The notes under the pieces are model-generated. The model searched no databases. It had not been told where the DNA came from and worked only from the letters and a program-made list of their open reading frames with translations. Below are positions 40,505-52,200 of a stretch of 64,000 bases of DNA, piece after piece. A program made the position numbers and the translations under genes. How positions within the stretch are numbered: position 1 is the stretch's first letter; each line of letters starts with the position of its first letter. Location: positions 369,293-433,292 of the forward strand of contig NW_018408879.1 in the NCBI RefSeq assembly GCF_002113885.1, in the 5' to 3' direction. Source of the DNA: Mizuhopecten yessoensis. Its lineage: Eukaryota.

Positions 40505-43500
40505 CTGCCTACCAACTAACTTATACCTGGTCACAGTTAAAGTCGAACCCCTTGCCTGTCCGTACGTATCCATGCTGTGCTGCTGCTACTACTACTTCTG
40601 CATCGTATTGGTCAGTCGGTCAGTCGGTCCAAACCTAACACATGTACTACTGGAGGGGTTTGTTGGGTAGCCGACACTGCACCACTTTAGACGGACCGAC
40701 AACCGTATTTGTTGACTTGCATCACGAACCATCCACCTTAACGCTCCATTGGTAACTGCCTGGCAGTGGGACATAGAAGTTTACCAGTAACTACTTACTT
40801 CCAGACGTACTGAATCAGTACCCTGCCTTCTGCAAACAACATCCACTAACATTGCCTTCTACCAGCCTAGTGACTCGGAGGCTGAGCCAATTAACATTCT
40901 TATATCAGAACAGATGGACTATATACAAGTGTGATTATAGTGTTATATTTACACATGTTTGTATGAAAGAGCCCACCGTCCTTGTGTATAAAAAAATTTG
41001 ACAATGAATTGTCAAAATGTCTAAGTGCCTGAACATTACTCGTTAACTAATTCCTTTGTACTAATTTGACTGTTGTGTCCGTTTCCCACCATAACAGTTA
41101 TATATAGCATTGATTGTGTGCAGACAAAATATTGCAACAAAAATTTACCAATCACTATTTTTCGTTGAGACATGTCTATATATCGTATATATATTCATAT
41201 ATATCTTCTACATTTACCTGTACATTAACCTTGTTAAACCAGAATTTGATTAATATTGTTTTATGTTTATGTACAGTTTTTGGAGCTTTCTCTGCGTAGC
41301 TGTTTATACCTATTATATATATATATCCCCGACCATTTTTTCTCAAGGGGACAAATTTTCATTAATCGAAATCAAAATATAACATTTGGTCTTAAAAGTT
41401 TAATAATGTTAAACTTCCTTTTTTAATTCTTAAAAAGAATGCTTCAAGATAAATATACAAATTCATGGAGATTAATCACTATACAATTATTGTGCCCTGT
41501 TTTTGAGTTTTGAAAGTGAACCCTGTAAATGTCCTAGTAACCCTCGCCCAAGATGAGGAGATTGGTATGCTGAGGCTGTGTTATCCTACCAAACACCTGT
41601 ACTACCGGGCATGGCGGCTCCATCCACCAGGCTCACCAATCAAGGGCACTTTGGCATGATCAGCTCAAAGTAAATGTCATTGATTTTCTTTGTTTTCATA
41701 AAACTTGAATTATAACTACATAATGTGAAGTGCTCGGTACTTGCGTATAACAGGTCTGGTGTTTGGTATGATGATATGGTCGTCACTAACCTGTGACTGA
41801 ATTCCAACCATGTTATATATTACTAGGAAGTGATACTCTCTGTCCTTTGTTTGGTGGCAGTAAGGTGAGAGAGAGGCCCCACATAGTGTCATCAGACAAG
41901 ATCTCAACCTGGACATGCATAACCTGTCAAGTTTGGTATCGACAAATCTTGCAAACTTCTGAAGTATTTGGAATCTTTTCCAGCGATCATTTCCCCTGAT
42001 GTTATGCATGTCTGGGTTGATTATGGTTCAAACTTAATCATTTAAAATGCAATGTTGAAAGCTCCACAATATCTATCCTCTCAATATTAATTGGACATAG
42101 TATGAAAAATTATAACTGCCGGCAAAACTTTGTTGTTTTGATTGCTTCCAATATAATTATTAAAATGATGCGAGAGTTACTGACAATCCACCTCTTGACG
42201 CTTTCTTAACAGCCCAGGATCATGTTTCATTTTACAGTACTGTACATTTATCATGTTGATTGAACTTTTGCACACTTCAAAGTAGATTTATATGTCAGAA
42301 GTTTAGATCATTATCTGGGAAGTTTTCAAAGCAACAGGCTTTTGTGAGTCTGCTTCTTACTTGTGAGCTTATGAGCACAGCTTTCTGTTACAAAACCACA
42401 GTGATTGGTGTAGTGTTATTCCCACTAGGAGAGACTGTTCACTTCCTGTGGATTCTGACTGCTTCATTCAGTTTTAATTCAATAGTTGATAAAACAGGAT
42501 TGTGTATAATATATAAACTAAAGTTATTGAAGGGAATTTTTTCTGTAATATTGTAAGTTTGCTTTATATAGAACTGAGCATACTCTGTTTAGCTATCAAT
42601 GCTCACCTTGTCCACAAAATTGACCTTGGCTGATCAGTTAGGGTCCTAATACCTTGAGCGGTCAGAATCCATGAGAGGATGAACTATTGGCTGATCTGAT
42701 ACTGACATGATACTCGTTGTTGTACATATCGTTAGGACTTTCACATTGATGATGACAGGGTATATTTGGAAGAGATCTTTTTTTTGATCTAGTTTATCTA
42801 GATATTGTTTTTTTATCTGTCCTGCAATTTCAAACATATCAATATTTTATATCATTGTAGCGAGAAAAGAGATCAAAACAATTAACATAAAGGCATTGTA
42901 CTTAGTATATATATATATTATATACATTTATATAAAGTTTTTGTTTATATTTCTATGCATTAAGTGGGAATATCACCGTACTAACTGCTGTGTACTGAAT
43001 GGGTTCTGCCATGTTATTGGTAACTTTTGTATAGAAACATCATAGCATTTGTAACTTGTAACCTGTATATAATCTTCATGAAAATTACATTTATTAGAAT
43101 AGAGAATAGAGNAAAAAAAAAAAAAAAATGAGAACAAATATATTGAAAAGAACAATAGTAGCTATGCAATTGATGATCATATCCACCTGCTTCCAGACTA
43201 ACCTACCTACTGACTACATGTAGCTGGCATTTGCCAAGTATTCAGTGAATGGTTGGAGAATTTATTATTGAGATTTTTTGATATTTCAATTTTGGATTGT
43301 CTTCCAAAGATTGCACAAAAAAGGGATAGTTTATTTTTTTTACAAGACCTGTATATACTCGATGAATATAATATTTGAAATGGGAGTTCCTCAGAATATA
43401 TGCACACATTTTTAAATTAATTTTATTCAGAATTTATTTATTCCGATAGTGAAGGTTGATAATGACCAATGAGAACAGTTTATGATATCATGATACAATC

Positions 43501-44975
43501 AAAATTAATCAAGATAAATATTTCCTTGTAATATTCATTGATCAAAATGTTAGTAATTGAACAAAATGTTGTAGTGTTTTTTTCGCCTACTTTTTTTCAC
43601 TTGATATTAAGATGTTAAGTATCGGTTTGCCACCTAGAAGGAACTCCCATTAATATAACAACGAGGTGTTTTTTTGAAAGTTTATGCAATTTATTTTAAA
43701 AACGTGAAGATATGCTCATTTAAAATATATCAGTGTCTTTTTTTAAGTTTCATGTTTATTTAGAGTTAATTTCCTTTTATTATTTTGTTAGACCTTGGAT
43801 GCAGGTTGTAGATACAGAAACCTCAAGTGCCTTTTACTCTTATTAACTGTGCATGCACTGATACTTGTGCAGGTGTTTGTACTGGGCCAAAACTTTGTAG
43901 CTACTTAGCATTTGTTTTGTGTATATTGACAACTATTTTGTTACTGTTGATTGTTTATTTTTTGTACATATTAACATGATATTTTGATTTCTTCCCACCC
44001 CAAATTATTATATATGTATATCATATCTTTTTGTTTTTGCTGGTGCAAACAACAGAAAATGCATAATAACATACTTCCTTGTCCTCCCAGACTGTTGGCG
44101 TGTCCGAAGAGAATCCACCAACAGCACGTGTTAGTTTGAAGTGTATTTTATATTAACATGCTGTAGTTCAGAGTCGTAATTGAAGTGAATCTCAGTTTTC
44201 CATATATTTCCTTACTAATTAGTATCCATATATATATATTATTCCTGATTTCTCCTACACTTTATGGAAATACTCCTTTAATGAGAAAAAACTTCCTCCT
44301 TGGAAATAGCTAATTTTACATTATATACTACAAGAGATTAGTCGGATTATGAAACTTTCTTTTGTTGAAGTTTGTCAGGACAATGTAAATTGCTGATATC
44401 CCTGTACCCCAATGGAAAGAAAATCTGAAGAGTTGCACTAGATCTGATAAAATAATTGTGTAACTGGGGGCCAGGCACATACATTATATTCTGCCAGGAG
44501 TTAATGAAGGATCTATCCAACACTATTGGCCTATAAAGTGGGAGTGTCCAGTTGCCCTGCATGTTGACTCCCAGTGCACGCCTGTAACTGACTTTGTTTG
44601 ACTCTCCTCACAGGTATAACATATCTGGTCATTTGACCAGAACTTCAAACCACCAAGGTGTTAACAATATAATCAGCATGGCCATATCTTGCTAAAAGTA
44701 GAGAAAAAAATTGGTTTGATTTGACAAACAGTCCAAAGCAGAATGTCTTGATCATTGTTCAATTAGGTAACTTGACATCACTCAAATTTCTGTTAGCAAT
44801 ATTATGATTTTGAATTGTTGAAAAAATCACTGTTGGAATTAATGAATGGCCATGATGTACACCTTGGGTAGGTTCCTTGTCTACTTAACGACTAATTCAT
44901 CATTACATATAACACTGCATTTTGTACTTTTTGCGTAACAGTATTATGCAATAAAGTCTTGTTTGTATGTGTGTT
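40505..44975 (+). other. QKI: Probable terminal 3'UTR exon of quaking (~4.5 kb)
   Basis: Branch-like AACTAAC 40458-40464, ~30-nt pyrimidine tract, TTCAG acceptor at 40504; AU-rich sequence ending in AATAAA plus a GT-rich element. Confidence 0.65.
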
Positions 44976-44980
44976 GTATT
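44950..44980 (+). terminator. Polyadenylation signal AATAAA with downstream GT-rich element
   Basis: AATAAA 44950-44955 followed by GTTTGTATGTGTGTTGTATT; upstream TGTA and T-rich motifs. Confidence 0.6.
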
Positions 44981-47636
44981 TCTCAGTTTATTACTAACCA
45001 TACTCACCCTGCGGTCACCCTGCAGCATACTCGGCCTGTAGTTTGATTACAATAACAAGCATGACGATTGATTTATATGCTATTTATCTATCCAGGCCTT
45101 GATGCTCATGTCTAGTATGAACTGCTAGAATATTGAATTACAAATTATGACAGATTTGTGATCCGATTGTGCAATCTGATTGGTTGATTTTAACTGGAGA
45201 CTTGAATTGTGGTCAAGGCTCAAATTTTGCCCAATGGGCAGGGGGGATATCTAAAGGTTATTGCAGTAAAGTTTCACGACACAATGGTTTATACAACGAT
45301 AAATATTGATTCAAGGACAAATGTACAGATGTTGAACATCACTTTAGTCTTTGATATATTTTGCTTGTGTCTTGTATGTAAATCATTGAATAAATAATAG
45401 GTAAATTAGTATGGATGTAGTCCAGGTGAAATGTATTGCATATTTTTTAACGGTAAGGTAATGAAAGACATTTAGGCTAGATTGGACAGCTGTGATACTC
45501 TAATATGCCTCATCCTTTTTCAATTGTATATTCTTCTTTGTGAGGAAAACTAGACAGGGAGAGTCTTCAAGCATGCAAGATCCCATAAATGCCAAAGTAG
45601 TTCTAGAGACACAAAACCAAGTGCCTTGTCATGTTTTGAACAGGATTTACTCCCTGTTAGCTACCTTTGTCCTTTAATCTTACTAAACATTGCTAATAGT
45701 TGCCTCCAAATTATACAAACTATTAAAAACTTGCTAACCAAAGAGTGTGTGTACTTACTATCCCTAACCTTGTATTACTAAGCTTAGACAATTTTTAGTT
45801 AAGTTCAGGGAAGTCGAGTTTGGATCTGTGATATCTATGCATTAAAGTGGTCCCTCCCGTAAGTTTATTATAGAACTATATATTTCCTATTTCATATCTA
45901 CAAAGGCTTCATCATTGTTATACTGGGATGGTCTCGGTTACTCTACCTAGCCATTTTATTGATAATCATCAGCTGAAATTTATTTAAAGTTTTCATTTTA
46001 ATGTAAATCCCTGCAATTCATTTTAGTGAAAACTTGGGACGAAAAAAATCAATCAAAATTCCCTTTCTCTTGTGACAAGGTCAAGATAGGGAAGTCCTAA
46101 ACAGTGTTTTCATCCTGCCGCATGTTCTAATCACTGTTTATTTCAAAAGTTGTTTTACTGGGCTTTTTCAAGTTTTGCTCAAAATGCTCAAATTTAACAA
46201 AAACCTGCTTTATGCTATTTAACTTCTACTTGGATCTTTTTATTTTTACTACATTTATTTCTGAAAGCTTGAGCGACACACATCCTCAAGTCCTCTTTAC
46301 ATGTTATATCCATGACAGTGACCATGCTTTTGATTGGTTAATAATTTTGTATACAAATTAGACGTTTTGTGTCCAGCTCTCACTGGAACCTGAGAAACTG
46401 GTGTTAGTATAACAACATTGTTTCGTGTCAACAGTTTGTACAATCATTCATATTTAAACATGTTGAAATATTTGAAGGCATAATTATTGTAAGTTGATAA
46501 TCATTTTAACACATATGCACCAACCATTGAATTTATGAGTATAGTTTTACATCATAACCATCATCCTTTGATTGAATCTCATTTTTCGATTATATTTGTG
46601 AATATGATGACGATAGTGCAGGGACCTATATTTTCACTGCTATGGGTAGTCATCACATGCAAGGAATTTTTTTTACAAAAAAAAAGAGAATTAAAGAATA
46701 TGAAAAAGACAACTAAAGTGTTGGACGAATTCTTGCCAACAACACCGCAGGAGGACGCCTGGTGTTGTTGCTGCGGCTGAGTAATCTGTATGGAGTAAGG
46801 TATAACTAAGACTTGGTGTATGAACTAACTATCTGCTGAAACAAGGGCTTTACAACCTTTCCATTGAGCAGTGATAACCAGGACATTTGATATGTGTACA
46901 TGACAGTTTCTCATTAAGGGCATACCACTCTCATTTTTCAAGGTAAAACATGATTCTCAAAAACCCAAAATGAACAATGTAGCTTCTAAAATTAATTTTC
47001 TAAATGTTCCTTTTTCCGCTGGGGTGTTTTAATCTTAGATGATTTCACATTGAAACGTATGCTTAGTCTGTACTACGTATAGAGTGATAACATAGTATAC
47101 GTTTATGACAATGGTAGAGAGTATTAATATTGCTAGGCAGCAGTTTACTCTACCGAAAAAAGCCTGAGAAATGGATCACTCACCAGACTACTTCTATTTC
47201 TGTTGTCATCTCTCCAAAGGAGACTCATTCTGCACACACCAAATATAAGACTGAACGGGGTCACGCGCTATCAGGATATATATTTTGTCAACTTGAAGCA
47301 ACCGGGAGATATGATGTTTTTTCAACGTTAAGCATGGGCTACCATACTATTAATTTACTTTTTACGTGAACATAAAATCACAACAACCGTAAAATGATCG
47401 GAATTCAATTTTTTATCCTAGAGAAATGTCAGTGTTTACAGAACTAGATAACCTTTTGGATACTCGACGCTGCCTGTAGTAAGGTTCACTCACCCATGTA
47501 GATCAAGATGTCCAAAAATACCAGCTTGATTAATATAAGTTGTAATAACTTGTTTCATAACCGTTGTAAAATAAATACAATTGATTATTATATAATATAC
47601 AAAATCACAGGACCGATATATTTTGACAAGTCATAC

Positions 47637-47910
47637 AACCGAGGTTCTCTAAATTTCATTTGGTAGAGCGTAAGACTGGTAAACCAGAGGTCCCTGGATC
47701 TCTGGTCTTCCCTGGTCACTTGGTCATGAACGTTTCCCAGTATCTTCCCGGGAAACGTTCATGACTCTGTGGCAAGAAAGACGATCACAGCCTAGAAACT
47801 GAAACGTTCATGGCCCAGTGACCGGGAAGACGTTCATGGTCCAATGAAGGAAAACATTCACAGCCTAGTGAAGACATGACGGTATGGATGATTAATGGCG
47901 TCCTCGGTTA
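47637..47910 (+). mobile_element. Degenerate tRNA-derived (SINE-like) head followed by short AACGTTCATG repeats
   Basis: TTTGGTAGAGCGTAAGACTGGTAAACCAGAGGTCCCTGGATC resembles tRNA D, anticodon and variable arms with a decayed B box; AACCGAGG/CCTCGGTT inverted pair at the ends. Confidence 0.35.
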
Positions 47911-49206
47911 GGTGATTGGGTGACCTTGACGTGGAGTACGTGTTAGCGTCGTGGGCCGTCTGTCCAACACACAAGGGACGTTAACGGGATTTTTGCTTGC
48001 CCTTTATTACAAGGATATCAATATTTACCTTTATTACCAAGATATGCTATAGAGAAGGGATGGATCCTGATCCCCGCTCTGTGATCGACACATCCGAGGT
48101 AATTAATAACAGCGAGATTGATTTACAAGTAAAATACTATTTGGTCGTACGTGCATATCAAGTAGGTCATATACACAGTAAACAGGCCAGCGATGACTTC
48201 TTTTCGCTTTATATACAAATATGACAGTGACAGGCAGTTTTGATACCGTTACCTTGTAAAATAATAAAAGCACAACGAAAAATATCCCGCTTCGTCTCTT
48301 GGAGCGTTGATTTCGACTTTGAGCAGTTGCGCAACAGTTTCTCCTGGAGTGATGAAAATATGCGATTGATATGGAATCTGTATTGAAATCTTTTTATTTT
48401 GTTATTTATATAGGTGATTTCCCTTTGAATTATCAGAAGTCAGTCGTACAGGTTCCAGGTTAAACCTTATATGTACGCCCTAAAGGACGTCAAGGTTCAC
48501 GGCGTCTAGTTAACGTGGCTACGGCGTCTGGTTAACGGGGCTCCATTGCTAATGGCGCGCTTTCCAAATATGTGTACCATATCAGAAAATTATTAATGCA
48601 TATCTTAGAATATCAATTAAAAGGTCGGTCAATACATAGTGAGTCTTATCTACTTCTACAGACAATCCATGATCCACACCTTCTGATAGGAAAAAAGTCT
48701 TGGAAGTTTTGCAGATAGATAATAATTTGTGTTGCTTACTGTAGGGGAGAACGTACATTAATCCGCATTTAATGACTCTCTAGTACAAATAATGCACCAC
48801 CACTGACATCAATCAACACGAATGAAAACATGCCAACTTTGGAGTTAAATGTAGGCAAAGCACAGGAACTACTACATGTTTATCTTTGAATCACGAGAGT
48901 AGGATATATTTAGTGTCTACTAGCCATGTATAACTGGGAACATGACGTCAACTATCACATTTACATAATAGACATACGAACATGTATGTACACAGATTTA
49001 CCGATACCATTCTCCTGCGGGTTTGAGACACTAACTGGTATATAGCTGTGATCTAACCTATTATTATATCACAAACCGCCAATATTGAAACACTTCGAAA
49101 TGATCTGCAAGTAGACGGCACGGGACGGGAGTAGGACTTCAAAATAAAATCACAATCACTATGACCAGGGGAAAGTTGAGCGAAAAGTTATTTTCAACAA
49201 GAAAAC

Positions 49207-52200
49207 GGTTACTATGGTAACATGTGTCCGGAGTCATTGTACCAACACTTGGTAAAGGGTTACTGTAGTAACATATGTCCAGGTTTATTGTACGTACACT
49301 AGGCACAGTGTAACTGTGGTGACATGTGTCCCGGGTAATTGTACCTACACTAGGTACAGGGTTACTGTGGTAACATGTGCTCTGGGTAATTGTACCTTAA
49401 CTAGGCACAATGTTACTGTACCTACACTAGGTACAGGGTTACTATGGTAGCATGTGTCCAGGGTTATTGTACCTACACTAGCAGGTACAGGGTTACTTTG
49501 GTAACATGTGTCCAGGGTTATTGCACCTACACTAGGCACAGTGCTACTGTGGTAACATGTGTCCAGGTTATTGTACCTACACTAGGTACAGGGTTACTGT
49601 GGAAACATGCGTCCAGGGTTATTGTTAAGCACTATAAACATTGTTACTGTGGTAACCTATGTCCAGGTTTATTGTACCTACACTAGGTAGAGGGTTACTA
49701 TAGTAGCATGTGTACAGGGTTACTGTACCTACACTAGGTACAGGGTTACTGTACCAACACTAGGTACAGGGTTACTGTACCTACACTATGTACAGGGTTA
49801 CTATGGTAGCATGTGTCCAGGGTTATTGTACCTACACTAGGTAGAGGGTTACTATAGTAGCATGTGTACAGGGTTACTGTTCCTACACTAGGTACAGGGT
49901 TACCATGTTAACATATATCTGGGGTTATTGTACCTACACTACCAGGGTTATTGTACCTACACTAGGAACAGTGCTACTGTGGTAACATGTGTCCAGGATT
50001 ATTGTACCTACACTAGGCACAAGGTTACCGGGGTAACATGTGTCCGGGGTTATTGTTACTACATTAGACACAAAATTACGGTGGTAACATGTGTCTAGGG
50101 TAATTATACCTACACTAGACAAAGGGATACTGTGGTAACGTGTGTCCGGGGTTATTGTACCTACAATAGGTACAGGGTTACTGTGGTAACATGTGTCCAT
50201 GATTATTGTACCTACACTAGAAACAGAGTTACTGTGGCAAAAAAAATCCGGGGATATTGTACCTACACTAGACGCAGAGTTACTATGGTAACATGGGTCC
50301 ATGGTTATTGTACCTACACTAGAAAGTGTCCCGGGTAATTGTACCTACACTAGGTACAGGATTACCGTGTTAACATATATAGGGGTTATTGTGCCTATAC
50401 TAGGTATATTGCTACTGTGGTAACATGTGTCCAGGATTATTGTACCTACACTAGGCACAGTGCTACGGTGGTAACATGTGTCCAGGTTTATTGTACCTAC
50501 ACTAGGTAGAGGGTTACTATAGTAGCATGTGTACAGGGTTACTGTTCCTACACTAGGTACAGGGTTACCATGTTAACATATATCTGGGGTTATTGTACCT
50601 ACACTAGGTACAGGATTACTGTGGTAACATGTGTCCATGATTATTGTACCTACATTAGACACAAGGTACAGGGTTGCCGTGGTAACATGTGTCCGGGGTT
50701 CTCCTACTTCACTAGAGGAATACCGTGGTAACATATATCCGGGGATATTGTACCTACACTAGACGCAGAGTTACTATGGTAACATGTGTCCATGGTTATT
50801 GTACCTACACTAGAAACATTGTTACTGTAGTAACATATGTCCGGGGATATTGTACCTACACGAGACGCAGAGTAACTGTGGTAACATGTGTCCAGGGTAA
50901 TTGCACCTACACTAGGTACATGGTTACTGTGGTTACATATATCCGGTGTTATTTTACCTACGTTAGGTATATGGTTACTGTTGTAACATGTGTACGGGGT
51001 TATTGTGCCTACACTAGGTACAGGGTAACTGTGCTAACATTTATCCAGGGATATTGTACCTACACTAGACGCAGAGTTACTATGGTAACATGGGTCCATG
51101 GTTATTGTACCTACACTAGAAGCAGAGTTACTGTGGCAAAAAAAATCCGGGGATATTGTACCTACACTAGACGCAGAGTTACTATGGTAACATGTGTCCA
51201 TGGTTATTGTACCTACACTAGAAGCAGAGTTACTGTGGCAAAAAAAATCCGGGGATATTGTACCTACACTAGGTACAGGATTACCGTGTTAACATATATA
51301 GGGGTTATTGTGCCTATACTAGGTATATTGCTACTGTGGTAACATGTGTCCAGGTTTATTGTACCTACATTAGACACAAGGTACAGGGTTGCCGTGGTAA
51401 CATGTGTCCGGGGTTATTGTACCTACAATAGGTACAGGGTTACTGTGGTAACAGGTGTCCATGGTTATTGTACCTACACTAGAAGCAGAGTTACTGTGGC
51501 AAAAAAAATCCGGGGATATTGTACCTACACTAGGTACAGGATTACCGTGTTAACATATATAGGGGTTATTGTGCCTATACTAGGTATATTGCTACTGTGG
51601 TAACATGTGTCCAGGATTATTGTACCTACACTAGGCACAATGTTACCGTGGTAACGTGTGTCCGGGGTTATTGTACCTACAATAGGTACAGGGTTACTGT
51701 GGTAACAGGTGTCCATGGTTATTGTACCTACACTAGAAAGTGTCCCGGGTAATTGTACCTACACTAGGTACAGGATTACTGTGGTAACATGTGTCCATGA
51801 TTATTGTACCTACATTAGACACAATGTACAGGGTTGCCGTGGTAACATGTGTCCGGGGTTCTCCTACTTCACTAGAGGAATACCGTGGTAACATATATCC
51901 GGGGATATTGTACCTACACTAGACGCAGAGTTACTATGGTAACATGGGTCCATGGTTATTGTACCTACACTAGAAAGTGTCCCGGGTAATTGTACCTACA
52001 CTAGGTACAGGATTACCGTGTTAACATATATAGGGGTTATTGTGCCTATACTAGGTATATTGCTACTGTGGTAACATGTGTCCAGGATTATTGTACCTAC
52101 ACTAGGCACAGTGCTACTGTGGTAACATGTGTCCAGGATTATTGTACCTACACTAGGCACAAGGTTACCGGGGTAACATGTGTCCGGGGTTATTGTATTT

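Noticed and set aside
43112-43128. A-run as a poly(A) tail or retroposon end
   Set aside because: Adjacent to an N (probable assembly join); no target-site duplication or poly(A) signal evident
47650-47705. Functional tRNA gene
   Set aside because: No intact T-arm/B box or acceptor stem
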